The notes beneath the pieces were generated by a model. It ran no database searches. It was not told the DNA's origin and worked only from the letters and a program-made list of their open reading frames with translations. Source: Tubulanus polymorphus (Eukaryota; Animalia; Nemertea). From it: 64,000 nucleotides of DNA. The stretch covers positions 1 to 64,000 of the forward strand of contig NC_134031.1 of NCBI RefSeq assembly GCF_964204645.1. Reading direction: 5' to 3'. Shown here in pieces: positions 1 to 11,520 of the stretch (position 1 is the stretch's first letter; each line of letters starts with the position of its first letter). The position numbers were made by a program, and so were the translations under genes.

Positions 1-540
1 ACTATAAATCATCTTCTTTACATCGTAAACTCAATGCAGGTCACTATACGCTAATCATTAACAAATATCAATATCATCTCAAACTGGACCGTTTTAATAC
101 TGAATGTATCTGTGTATGATTTTGTGACAGGTTCCTGCGTGATGAACTAATGCAACACCGCTATCGTAGTTTTATTAGTTGAAAATCATTTAACTTGAAT
201 TTATTTCGAATGTCCCATTTAACCAATGTATAAACTTTAGATCAGTACATTAATATGTGCAACAAATTTGTCGATCATACAACTTTAAGCTAATCAAACC
301 CTGGAAAACATAACGCAGTCTACAAATTGTCTCATTTTGTCATAACTGATTCATACTGAAACGAGTGAAACTAGTTCTGCAGTCTGCTATCTACCCCTGA
401 TACCAGTACAAATCCCTACTGCCCTCGACTTTTCTTTATATCAAGAATCAAACTAATATAATGAGTTACTGTAAGAGCTGATCAGTGATTATCAGCAAAA
501 TGAGATGTAGTTGATAATAGAGCGCGACCTAAAACACAGC

Positions 541-691
541 TTACCCCGCCCTGTGTCTATAATGCGGCACCGCTCTCTTACCCCGCGCTGTGTCTCTAAT
601 GCGGCACCGCTCTCTTACCCCGCCCTGTGTCTCTAATGCGGTACCGCTCTCTTACCCCGCCCTGTGTCTCTAATGCGGCACCGCTCTCTTA
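541..691. repeat. 37-bp tandem minisatellite, 4 copies
   Basis: TTACCCCGCCCTGTGTCTCTAATGCGGCACCGCTCTC repeated four times with about one substitution per copy. Confidence 0.95.
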
Positions 692-1334
692 CTGAGTCTC
701 TCTCAAAATATTCCTGAGTTTAATTCCTAATAATCTATTTATGTAAATTCAACTTGTATAAACTATCAAACCGACATAAAAACACAGTTCATCATCGTAA
801 CGCAGTTTGTTGTTTTACTGTTACGTAATTTGTATCAGTCAACTAGACACCCAGATTAATGAGGATGACTGAGGTTTTTTTAAAGAGAAATATCGCGCAG
901 AATCTATGCATAAAGCACTATATTGATTGTTGGGTCAAATTAGTCCAGTCGTTAGTAAATTTAAGTTGCATTTTGTAACGAGCAAATTTCAAACTTTACC
1001 TTACTTTCTAAATATTGTTCAAGAAAAACATATCCCTAAAGTATAAAATAATAAATCCATCGTTGATACAAAAAAAAACTTACTTACACAACTGCAACTT
1101 TTTCTCAGATTCCGACGTGGATCCAGTGATTATTTAAGTTCATCCAATCCCTAATTTTGAAGTAAATTTAATTCCGTGTCCAGGTTAAGAATTTTCATGA
1201 AATCCATTCGCAAAATAGCAATATTTTTATCACATTTCGATTGAAAATATTCCATATATTCACTAAAAAACCTCCTATAAAACATTTTCTCCGTATTGTA
1301 TTCCTTTGCGAGTGAAATCCAATGAGAATAGCGA

Positions 1335-1555
1335 AAGATGGCGCACGATTCGACTGATATTTCGATTTATTGCTGAAATCGAATTTCCCGGCGCCTGCGA
1401 CAAGCCCAGACACGCTTTAGTACGCGGCCGCTGATTGGCTAATCGATCTCAATTGGGGGATATCGTCTATTGCTAGTGCGCGGGATATTTCAATTGTGGC
1501 GTGTTCTATTGTGTTGCAACAATAGGGGGATGAGCTATTGCGACAGCGGGATGGG
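1335..1555. promoter_or_regulatory. CpG-rich conserved putative cis-regulatory element
   Basis: AAGATGGCG (YY1-like), GATTGG (CCAAT), repeated CTATTG/CAATAG; only ~4 differences in ~180 bp (1375-1553) versus the paralog at 58038-58216, while the flanks are much more diverged. Confidence 0.45.
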
Positions 1556-1924
1556 CTGGGCGTATTTGATACGTTTTCTCTTGAAATATCGAGTCGGGGA
1601 TAGTTTCAGCCTTGATACTTAACTGATTGAGGTTTAAGGGGTGTTTATACTGGTTAATGGTAGTTTTTTTAATGATATTCTGGAAGTCGGGACTTGAAGA
1701 CGCCGACTACCCTCTCACTTGGCGAGTCTATGTTTGTGATCTCATTATAGAGACGGCGTCGTACACGAGACGATGTGACATAAAAACTGACTGAAGAAAT
1801 CATATGGAGGGCATATAATTGTCTCGATAAACTATCGGGCGACGAACGTCCAGCGAACAGGTTCGTAGAGACTCCTTCGATACGATTAGGCGCTTAATAC
1901 TGGTCTCATGAGATACTCTTTACA

Positions 1925-2105
1925 GATTTTACCCCGCGGTGGATACCTTGGATTTTAGAGTGCTTTCTCTGACAGACAGGTTTCTATGTTTATTTCAGGG
2001 TGATGCTCTACTAAATAACTGCAGTCATCAGGGAGTTCCAGCCGGAATAACTGTTTGGCAATGAGGTGAACAAGTGATCCCTCAATTCAGGTACGGGTAG
2101 ATATA
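1925..2105 (+). repeat. Inverted copy of an exon with flanking splice sites (partners 4490-4660 and 8565-8745 on the - strand)
   Basis: TTTCTATGTTTATTTCAG|GGTGATGCTC...CCTCAATTCAG|GTAC is the reverse complement of 4500-4612. Confidence 0.85.
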
Positions 2106-2218
2106 TTGTTTGGTACTGTTTACTACGTCACTTTGATAGATCTGGATTTGGTGTGGGGCACAAAGTTACTGGTCAAATAACATGTAGTCAAAACACGTCA
2201 ACTTAAACCAGGTAGCAA

Positions 2219-2642
2219 CACAGGGGTTTGGCGATGGGCTTGGATTTTATTTCCGGGTTGTTGATAATCTCGCGAGAATGGCGCTAAATATGAACTGCGA
2301 ATAAATTCAAAATATCATGGAAATACCTTGTGTTTATATTGTTTATTTATCCGCTATAAAGTTTCGATAAACAATTGGTCGTTAAGAATGACGTGACTGT
2401 CCCAACTTACTGGCCGAAAATTTAAGTACAGCGGAGGCCTGGCGTTTCATCCCTTGTTATTTTATATAGTAAAGCGTGACGACCAATTGTTTATCGAAAC
2501 TTTATAGCGGATAAATAAACAATATAAACACAAGGTATTTCCATGATATTTTGAATTTATTCGCAGTTCATATTTAGCGCCATTCTCGCGAGATTATCAA
2601 CAACCCGGAAATAAAATCCAAGCCCATCGCCAAACCCCTGTG
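2219..2642. mobile_element. Young palindromic MITE, 164-bp perfect TIRs, 8-bp TSD (P-element- or hAT-like)
   Basis: TIRs 2219-2382 and 2479-2642 (CACAGGGG...CCCCTGTG), TSD GGTAGCAA on both sides, empty site in the paralog near 58690. Confidence 0.93.
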
Positions 2643-4269
2643 GGTAGCAACTGTATTCTAGGAGGTTTTAGTAATATATATAGTAATATTTGAGATGTGG
2701 GACCATTCATTTATTATGAATCGGGTTTTCCGTCTCAAACCTCTCACCCTACCCCTCGGTGTGGCCTGATAATGACTCTTAAAATAAAAATACAGATATC
2801 TTTTCTTGATCTATTTATAGTCTGATTCTGAAGAAGAGGAGAACACAAATAACAGTTTTCATCATCATCATCATCATCATCTGTGCGATCTGAAGTATCT
2901 AGAGGTCACCCAGACTCAACACCCTTTCATATCATTCGAGGTCAAGTTCTATATTTTTGTGACAGATTTCTATGAAATATTTTGCTCAAATAAATTCATT
3001 TTGTAATCATATCGATGAAAATAAGTGGTTATTCATTTCAGTATGAAATTTGGCTCTGTTTTGAGGAATTACTATTTTCCCCGAACTCAGATCCAGAATT
3101 TCACCTTGCCATCACCATGACAACGCATATAGATTCTCAAATTTGGTTTCAAGTTTCTTTATTTTGGTTGAGTAGATTCTGAATGATGCAAAGTTTACCA
3201 GAGACACTGATTTTATCTAAATCATCTCTGTACTCATAGGATAGTTAAGTGCCAATCCTGAAAGGGTTTTTGACAGTCACTCAGATATTGTGATCGACTA
3301 CATTCAGATCAAAACAAACAGTTCAGACTCAACTTGAGAATGATTTTAAGTGTTTATCTAAAATAAATTTTACGTTTATTTTGACACTCAAGACATAAAT
3401 TTCTAAATTTCCAATAGATGGCGTCTGTGATATACTGTTCAATCCAATAATTTGGTAGTTCAGCAAAATTCCAATAGGTGGCGATCATGTAACTATTCAT
3501 CAGTATATATCAGACACCCTGGTCCAAATCCTCTAATCAACATTAAACATCACAGTCATTTAGATTCAATAATTCATTCATTTGACTCGCACTCAATTTC
3601 AGGTGTAGACGTGTCGCAGGTTTCAGTTATTGAGATCCTCCGCCATGAGACTGAAAATAAATCAAACAACATTCATTATAACATCATTAGAGCAATTCAC
3701 AAAAATCATATGAATTATTCGATACAAATAAGAGTAACTAAACAAACCTGATCTAAACATCACCTTCTTTTGAGTAGAATAAACAAAACTCTAGCGTTAC
3801 GCCTACATCTGAAATAATACAAAACACTGAAAATCATTATTTCTTCATCAGATAGAAAATAAAAACAGATTCAAAATGCTTTTAGTGCCAAGAATTTTCA
3901 GTGTTACAATCTTTTTTTCATACAAGACTTAACGGTAAATTGGTTCAGACTTAGAGCAGGGAACACTATATGAATTTATTCCCACACCGTCTGAAATTAC
4001 AGATTTCACAATGAAATTTGCAGCGTGTTCGTTGCTCAGCAGCAGGTGAATCGCAACATTCAAACATGTTTGATATTTCCACAGTAAATTTCATCGCAGC
4101 GAAAAAAAGTCCCAAACACAGTAAATTGAGCCGCAATCTTTGACAAGGTTTCAAATCATGATGGCATCAATGATTTGAGAACTGCGCTGAAAACCTGCTT
4201 GGATTTTGGTTAACTCGGTTTTAAAACACCACTGAAACTGGTTTCTAGAGGTCTGTGACAAGGGCCTAA

Positions 4270-4485
4270 AGCTAGGGAAACACGAGCGTATTTTTTCGCC
4301 CGATCGCGACGATTAAATTCGCCGACGAAATTATACGCAAAATTCGGTCAGCGACTGGCACTAAGAAGGAGAGAGTTACGAATCACATGATATCAACAAT
4401 GCATCCTATTGGTTGATAAAAATGGATCGCTCGGCGAAATTCGCTGAGTGCGGGCAGACGAGCTTGTAATCGTGTGCCCCTACCT
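4270..4485. mobile_element. PIF/Harbinger-like MITE
   Basis: Imperfect TIRs AGCTAGGGAAACACGA / TCGTGTGCCCCTACCT at a TAA site; absent from the duplicate at ~8560. Confidence 0.7.
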
Positions 4486-4683
4486 AAAGATATATCTACC
4501 TGAATTGAGGGATCACTTGTTCACTTCATCGCCAAACAGTTATTCCGGCTTGAACTTCCTGCATGACTGCAGTTAATTAGTTGAGCATCACCCTGAAATA
4601 AACATAGAAACCTGTCAGAGAAATCACTCTAAAATCCAGGGTATCCGCGGGGTCAAATGCTACATCTGTATTGATAGTAATCA

Positions 4684-4784
4684 CAGGGACTTGACACAAA
4701 ACGATTTCAACCCCAGTATCCTAGGTACTATATATAAAAAGACTGAGGATACTGGGGTCAAAATCCTTTTGTGTCAAGTCCCTG
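4684..4784. mobile_element. hAT-like 101-bp palindromic MITE
   Basis: CAGGGACTTGACACAAAA...TTTTGTGTCAAGTCCCTG; absent from the duplicate at ~8750. Confidence 0.8.
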
Positions 4785-4946
4785 CTCAAATGCTCCATCT
4801 GTATTGATAATAATAGTTTATATTAGGCCTCGATCCACACTTGATATTATTCATACATTTTACTAATTGTATCTTGAATGTCGGCCGACAGTTTTACACG
4901 CATCAGCTCGACATGGCGGTTAAACCCGAGTGTTTTATGTCCAACA

Positions 4947-5059
4947 CACAGGAGCTTATCACAATTTGATAACACCAGTATCCTTACATAGATAGGGATA
5001 CTGGCAACTGGTGTCATCCAATCCATCCTCCCTCCGTCAAATTGTGACAAGCCCTTGTG
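4947..5059. mobile_element. 113-bp MITE with CAC...GTG ends and 8-bp TSD
   Basis: TIR CACAGGAGCTTATCACAATTTGA / TCAAATTGTGACAAGCCCTTGTG, TSD GTCCAACA / GTCCGACA; absent from the duplicate at ~8865. Confidence 0.8.
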
Positions 5060-6123
5060 GTCCGACACCTTTCCTTCTCGAATCACCTTCAACCGTACAA
5101 AAAAAGTATTCGATTCATAAGTAAATTTACTTACTGTATTTCAATGTTGAAATGGTTTGAAGACATTCTGTCGCTTCTGCGTTTGAAAGAGAAGCTTCTA
5201 AATATTTGAAGTGAAAATTGCAATTGATTCGTCCGCCATCATTCTTAAATGGGACATACTCCACTTGGGAGGGCTAGTTCTGCAGTCCGCGCAGATCGAG
5301 GTCGACTAGGACTCAGGGGTATTAGCGCTCCGCTCACCAACTAAAGAGTTCACGATAGTGCCCGCGGTAGATTTTACATGCCGCTCCGAATTGATAGTTG
5401 CGGGAAATAAAACCACGAAATTAGGAATTTGTTGCGATTTCCGTGCAATAGTTCACTGAAGAATTATGTGAAAAATATTCCCAATAAAATACCGGTATTT
5501 CAAACACGAAACTGAATAACTTAAATCGGTGACTCACAATAGGTATTTCACCTAGTTTATCAGCGGGGCGCGGCCGACAATATCGACTTAAGAATGAGAT
5601 AAAATTTCGTTTCAAAAAAGACCAATAGAAAATTCCATCAACTACAGCAATAAAAAGCCAACACTGTTTTAAGTAATGCATTTATGGTCTAAAAAGCTAA
5701 ATGAATCAGTGATAATTTTATATGCGTTTGATACGTATTGGATAATCGGGTCAAATTTCATACTTAAATCGGTGCAACAAACTGGTATCAATCTGAACGG
5801 GATAAATACGTTCAGACACAAACACCGTCCGATTGACTGGGTGTAAAGCGGGACTCGACCCTTCCCGGTTGGAGTAAACATCTAACAGGTGGTGCTCCGG
5901 GAGATTTTGTGAAACAGCTGATGACATTTTCATGATCTTTAGACGAGTTTGATCGCCGTTTTACCGTCGCTGAATGGCACCTATTGTGAAAACTGATTAT
6001 GAGCGAAGACCAAGTGATGCAATGACATTCAGTTGAAGTCAAACGACGAGAAGGGCTCCGAGACTGATTTGGACTTTACGAGAGGAATAAACTATTTTTT
6101 AGAAGGTATCAAGATGGATCTGG

Positions 6124-6390
6124 CACAGAGCCATAGCCGGCAAACTGACTACTGAATTTTATTTCTGTGTTGTTGATAATCTCGCGAGACTAGCGCTAAT
6201 ATATGCTGTGTAAATCCAGGAAGAAAGACACTCTTAATATTTGGATGGATATATGAAAGCTGTGGGTACTGGAGTGTGTAATGGGTAGTGTAGTGTCATC
6301 TGTGTGCATTTGTGGCCAGCACACAGATCACATTGTTCAACGGGGTTTGGTCCAGGACTCGCGAGATTTTCAACAACACGGAAGTAACGT
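6124..6390. mobile_element. Degenerate MITE related to the 2219-2642 family
   Basis: Inverted GTTGTTGATAATCTCGCGAGA / CTCGCGAGATTTTCAACAAC motifs; a further solo arm at ~6890-6920. Confidence 0.55.
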
Positions 6391-7009
6391 GTAATAAATG
6401 ATGACTTGAATTGCATGACTACCTACCACCCCTCATTGTTGTTTGAAAACTAAACGTTCGGCACTGACTAAAAATTAGTAATAACATTTTAGAAATGGCC
6501 AGAATTTTAACTTAGGTTCTATCTCATTTTTACTTTACAATTGCGATTGGTATAATTTTTTTTAAATGGCCGTTAAGGCTTCATGTTTCGTCTGCAATTC
6601 ACTGCAAATAGTTACGCAACTACGCACATTTCAGTGTTTTTGGCAGCTGTACATTCAATCGGCACCGTTCGTGACTAGCTTCACTGCGGAATTATCATTA
6701 ATTTACATCGCCATATCACATCATCAACTTATATTGTGCCTTAAAACCCTAACAGCCGAAATAATTGAAATGCACACACGATTTCTATCATTGAAAATGG
6801 AGAGAGTGGCCATGTTTGTGTTTGTTGCTTCGTGTAAATCCCGCGCGGTGGCGCAACCACGCGGAGTGGGGCCGATACGTCTAGTTTCGTTCTCGCGAGA
6901 TTACCAACAATCCGGAAATACCGGTAGTGCAACCTGATTTAGAAGGCCCGGCCCGGGGGCACAAGCTGTATTGATATTAATGAAAACAGGATACTTGACT
7001 GTTTTTAGA

Positions 7010-9365
7010 GTAAAAATACAGATATCTTTACTTAATCTATTCCTAGATTGATTCTGAAGAAGAGGAGAACACAAATAACAGTTTTCATCATCAACATCAT
7101 CATCATCTGTGCGGTCTGAAGTATCTAGAGGTCACCCAGACTCAACACCCTTTCATATCATTCGAGGTCAAGTTCTATATTTTTGTAAAAAATTTGTACG
7201 AAATATTTTGCTCAAATAAACTCATTTTGTAATCAAATCAACGAAAATAAGTGTAGTTATTCATATTTCAGTATGAAATTTGGCTCTGTTTTGAGGAATG
7301 ACTATTTTTCCAGATATCGGATCCAGAATTTCACTTTGCCATCACCATGACAACGCAGCAGTCAAAACAAACAACAATCATTCAGAAATGAAGCCCAGTA
7401 GATTCTAAAATTTGGTTTCAAGTTTCTTTATTTTGGTTGAGTAGATTCTGAATGATGCAAAGTTTACCAGAGACACTGATTTTATCAAAATCATCTCTGG
7501 GGGACTGTGCCAATCATGGAAGGGTTTTAACAGTCACTCAGATATCGTGTTCCACTGCATTCAGATCAAACCAACAGTTCACACTCAATTTGAGAACTAT
7601 TTTGTGTTTATCTAAAATAAATTCCACGTTTATTTTGACACTCAAGATATAAATTTCTAAATTTCCAATAGATGGCAGCTGTGATTCCAATAATTAGGTG
7701 GTTCAGCAGAAATCCAATAGGTGGCGTTCATGTAGTAACAATTCATCAGCATATATCAGACACCCTGGTTTATCATCTGATCAGAATCACTGGGATCGAA
7801 TTTTGGACATCCCTACAACTCCTCTAATAAGCATGAAACATCACAGTCATTTAGAATCAATAATTCATTCATTTGACGCGCAGTCAATTTTAGGTGTAGA
7901 CGTGTCGCAGGTTTCAGTTATTGAGATCCTCCTCCATTAGACTGAAAATAAATCAAACAACATTCATTATAACATCATTAGAGCAATTGACAAAAATCAT
8001 AGTAAATATTCGATATAAATAAGAGTAACTAAACGAACCTGATCTAAACATCATCTTCTTTTGAGTAGAATAAACAAAACTCTAGCGTTACGCCTACATC
8101 TGAAATAATACAAAACACTGAAAATCATTATTTCTTCATCAGATAGAAAATAAAGACAGATTCAACAAGATTCAAAATGCTTTTAGTGCCAAGAATTTTC
8201 AGTGTTACAATTGTTTTTTCATACAAGACTTAACGGTAAATTGGTTCAGACTTAGAGCAGGGAACACTATATGAATTTATTCCCACACCGTCTGAAATTA
8301 CAGATTTCACAATGAAATTTGCAGCGTGTTCGTTGCTCAGCAGCAGGTGAATCACAACATTCAAACATGTTTGATATTTCCACAGTAAATTTTTTCGCAG
8401 CAAATATTTTTGCAAAGTTCCAAACACGGTAAATTGAGCCGAAATCTTTGAAATATGTTGGCATCAATGATTTGAGAACGGCGCTGAAAACCTGCTTGGA
8501 TTTTGGTTAACTCGGTTTTAAAACACCACTGAAACTGGTTTCGAGAGTGTGATTAGGGCCTAAGATATATCTACCTGAATCGAGGGATCACTTGTTCACT
8601 TCATCGCCAAACAGTTATTCCTTGAACTTCCTGATGACTGCAGTTAATTAGTAGAGCATCACCCTGAAATAAACATAGAAACCTGTCTGTCAGAGAAAGC
8701 ACTCTAAAATCCAGGGTATCCACCGCAGGGTCAAATTCTTTATCTGTCTTGATAGTAATGGTTTATACTAGGCCTAGATCCACTCTTTATGTTATTGATA
8801 CTTTTTACTGAATGATGGTTTAACAGCACGCATCAGCGAATAGAGATTGCTGGAGTGTTTTATGTCGCTCTCCATCTCGAATCACCTTCATACATCACGA
8901 GTATTCGATTCATAAGTAAATTTACTTACTGTATTTCAATGTTGAAATGGTTTGAAGACATTCTGTCGCTTCTGCGTTGAAAGAGAAGCTTCTAAATATT
9001 TCAAGCGAGCATTGATTCGTCCGCCATCATTCTTAAATGGGACATACTCCACTTGGGAGGGCTAGCTCTGCAGTCCGCGCAGATCGAGGTCGACTAGGAC
9101 TTAGCGCTCCGGGCACCAACTAAAGAGCTCACGGTAGTGCCCGCGGTAGACTTTACATGCCGCTCCGAATTGATAGTTGCAGGAAATGATACCACGAAAT
9201 TAGGAATTTGTTGCAATTTCCGTGCAATAGTTCACAGAAAAATTATGTGAAAAATATTCCCAATAAAATACCGGTATTTCAAACAAAGAAACTTAAAAAC
9301 TTAAATCGGTGACTCACAATAGGTATTTCACCTAGTTTATCAGCGGGGCGCGGCCGACATCGACA
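7010..9365 (-). pseudogene. Direct duplicate (copy 2) of 2780-5585, lacking the three MITEs
   Basis: Collinear high identity with the same splice sites; a third partial copy of the 3' block follows at 9364-9694. Confidence 0.8.
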
Positions 9366-9773
9366 AGTTCTATATTTCTGTGATAAATTTCTATAACATA
9401 TTTTGCTCAAATAAACTCATTTCATTATCATATCGATGAAAATAAGTGTAGTTTTTCATTTCAGGATGAAATTTGGCTCTGTTTTGAGAAATTACTACTT
9501 TTTCTATACATCGGATCCAGAATATCACCTTGCCATCACCATGACAATGCACCAGTCAAAACAAACAACAATCATTCAGAAATGAAGCCGAGTAGATTCT
9601 AAAATTTGGTTTCAAGTTTATTTATTTTGGTTGAGTAGATTCATGAATGATGCAAAGTTTACTAGAGACATTGGTTTTATCAAAATCATCTCTGGAATAA
9701 ATATAGATAAATTTTGCTGTAAGTCGTGTGTGCGTTATTCAATCATTTTTCGAGAAACAACCTAGAATAGTGC

Positions 9774-10252
9774 TGGGTTCGAACTCGGGACACCCCTGTA
9801 CATCCTCTATTCAGCATCAGGACAACTTGGACCACCACTGTGTTCGAACCCGGGATTCCCCTGTACATCCTATATTCAGCATCAGGACCACTCTGAATCA
9901 GTTATCAGTAATTATTTTTAAGATATCAACATTTTACCGTACGGTGCTGCCTCTATGCTCATCGGTAGCGGGATATACTAACGTTAGTCAACTCTGGCAA
10001 GCAAGGGTTACGGAGTATAACTGGACAGCACGACGATTGCGGAGTTGACTTCAGTTAGTGTATGGAAATCCCGCTAACGATGAGCATAGCGGCAGCACTG
10101 TACGGTCGGGACATCCTCTATCCAGCATCAGGGCAACTTGGACCACTACTGGGTTCGAACCCGTGACACCCCTGTACATCCTCTATTCAGTATCAAGACC
10201 ACTCTGAACCAGTATCAGTAATTACTTGGTTCGAACGCGGGACACCCCGTAC
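9774..10252. repeat. 65/75-bp minisatellite containing the palindromic Pol III B-box GGGTTCGAACCC (also ~22055-22675, 33224-33844, 44393-45013, 55335-56352)
   Basis: Recurrent GGTTCGAACCCGGGACACCCCTGTACATCCTC.ATTCAG with two alternating tails. Confidence 0.9.
9942..10100. mobile_element. Tc1/mariner-like MITE inside the B-box minisatellite (in all five units)
   Basis: TA|CGGTGCTGCCTCTATGCTCATCGGTAGCGGGAT ... ATCCCGCTAACGATGAGCATAGCGGCAGCAC(T/C)G|TA. Confidence 0.75.
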
Positions 10253-10257
10253 CCATT

Positions 10258-10641
10258 ATGACGCGATTAGACACGTGTTCGATGGTCGTCCTCATTCAGA
10301 AGATGAATTTAATTGTGAAACATGGTCATATCCAGGAATGTTTAAACCCGGCGATCAATGTCTCGACTAAAACCGTGTCTATATCGATATTTGTACTGTT
10401 AATCGTCGTATTAGGTGCCTACGGATTCATCTTCTTTACGATAACCTACAACGATACGATTTCAAACTGTGTTCTACCCGTACTCGAAGTAGGCCTAACT
10501 ACCAATTTCACGTTGTTTGGAGCCATTTTAGGACAGTGTAACTTCAACCTAGAGCGATTTCACCCACCCCGAGTGCTAATTGATAAAAGTTCCTGTGTAT
10601 CAAGTTTAATCGTAATCGGTCCATTGGGTCAAGAGATATAG
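10258..10641 (+). pseudogene. 127-aa ORF with two to three hydrophobic segments, possible GPCR fragment
   Basis: Hydrophobic helix, Cys, second helix ending LERF (resembles the class A E/DRY motif); frameshifted in units B-D; A vs E differences are 4 nonsynonymous to 1 synonymous. Confidence 0.35.
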
Positions 10642-10925
10642 ACATTTATCCAAAGCGACACCTATATGGAAAAGAGTGGAAATTGTTGCATACCAACCGT
10701 AAAGTAGATATTGTGGTTTTTATATATATTGAATAATGTCACCAACTCTTTTATTCATTTAGAAATAAACTACTGTATTGAGCGAAGTATCTTTTAAATA
10801 AAGTGGCCTCCACTAGATAAAGCAAATATATGTGTTCAAAATATATAAGTTAGTATAGAATCTATTGACCAAAAAACAACCCGAGTCAAACAGATGATCA
10901 TCGTACTACAAATACCTCGCTGGGC

Positions 10926-11054
10926 CAAAAATTAGCCCCAACCTGAGGCACTAACCCTAACCCTAGATCGACCGTAACCCTAACCCTAGCAGGACTCGAA
11001 CCTGCGACCTCCAGCATGCCGGCCAAACACGCTAACCACTAGACCGCCGAGTTC
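10926..11054 (-). mobile_element. tRNA-derived SINE-like head (A and B boxes) followed by TTAGGG repeats and a T5 run; in all five units
   Basis: Minus strand CGGTCTAGTGGTTAG...GCAGGTTCGAGTCCTGC-TAGGGTTAGGGTTA...AATTTTT; anticodon loop non-canonical, so not a functional tRNA. Confidence 0.7.
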
Positions 11055-11095
11055 TGGTAATTGACCTGGTTTGTAAATATGTGTGGTCAGTGTGG

Positions 11096-11275
11096 TACAA
11101 GGCCAACACTAGGGTTACTGCGTTTATTCACCAGGCCAACATTAGGGTTTCTGCGTTTATTCACCAGGCCTACGCTATGGTTTCTACGTTTATTAAACAG
11201 GCCAAAACTAGGGTTTCTGCGTTTATTAAACAGGCCAACACTAGGGTTTCTGCTTTTATTAAACAGGCCAACACT
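11096..11275 (+). repeat. 33-bp minisatellite (about 5.5 copies in A, 3.5 in B-D)
   Basis: CAGGCCAACACTAGGGTTTCTGCGTTTATTAAA units; explains the repetitive ORFs at 11061-11399. Confidence 0.92.
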
Positions 11276-11350
11276 CGTCAGTGTTTGTTTCTTGGTAATT
11301 TTTGTGCCCTGGGGCCAGTTCGATGGGCGAAGACTGATTCTATTGGCTAA

Positions 11351-11520
11351 TACAGTCAAACTAAATCGTTTAATCCACATCGACCGAATTTTGGTCTAAT
11401 CCGGATAATACTTACAGTCAATTTAATCATTAATATACACGAAAATGACTTTTCATCCGGATTTGCCGTAAAACGGATGAATTTTGTTGGTCCCAATGAT
11501 CGGAATTAGGGAGATTCTAT
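11351..11520. mobile_element. Degenerate Tc1/pogo-like MITE
   Basis: TACAGTCAAAC start, repeated TAATCCGG motifs, CGGAATTAGGGAGATTCTA end. Confidence 0.5.

Larger units (their letters stand above)
870..3340 (+). repeat. Left copy of direct segmental duplication (partner 57440-59810)
   Basis: Collinear homology blocks: 1090-1900 vs 57730-58590, 2160-2218 vs 58625-58695, 2790-3330 vs 59250-59805; boundaries approximate. Confidence 0.85.
3450..5400 (-). pseudogene. Multi-exon non-coding transcript or decayed gene, copy 1
   Basis: Canonical minus-strand splice sites: donor GTAAGT at 5134, exon 4592-4500, acceptor before 3990, exon 3808-3748, acceptor before 3650; no sustained spliced ORF; ends approximate. 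Confidence 0.5.

Noticed and set aside
4028-4102. Possible intronic C/D snoRNA on the minus strand (GCGATGA...CTGA)
   Set aside because: C box is non-canonical and lost in copy 2; no convincing rRNA guide
4850-5120. Long hairpin suggesting a structured intronic ncRNA or pre-miRNA
   Set aside because: Explained by a MITE with an 8-bp TSD that is absent from the duplicate
5702-6123. Plus frame with seven TGA and only one TAA (Sec, TGA=Trp, or a CpG-decayed transposase; contains LDEFDRRF)
   Set aside because: By hand count TGA is common in all frames (about 18 in total, 7 in frame), so the bias is not significant; no SECIS recognised. A BLASTX would settle whether it is a pseudogene.
6901-7404. 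Minus frame interrupted only by TGA
   Set aside because: TCA is compositionally abundant here and the frame is not conserved in the paralogous copies
9774-10252. CRISPR-like repeat-spacer array
   Set aside because: The intervening segments are repeated variants rather than unique spacers; eukaryotic context, no cas genes
10940-10990. Telomerase RNA gene (CTAACCCTAAC on the + strand)
   Set aside because: The repeat continues beyond template length, is multicopy, and no pseudoknot or H/ACA domain is recognisable
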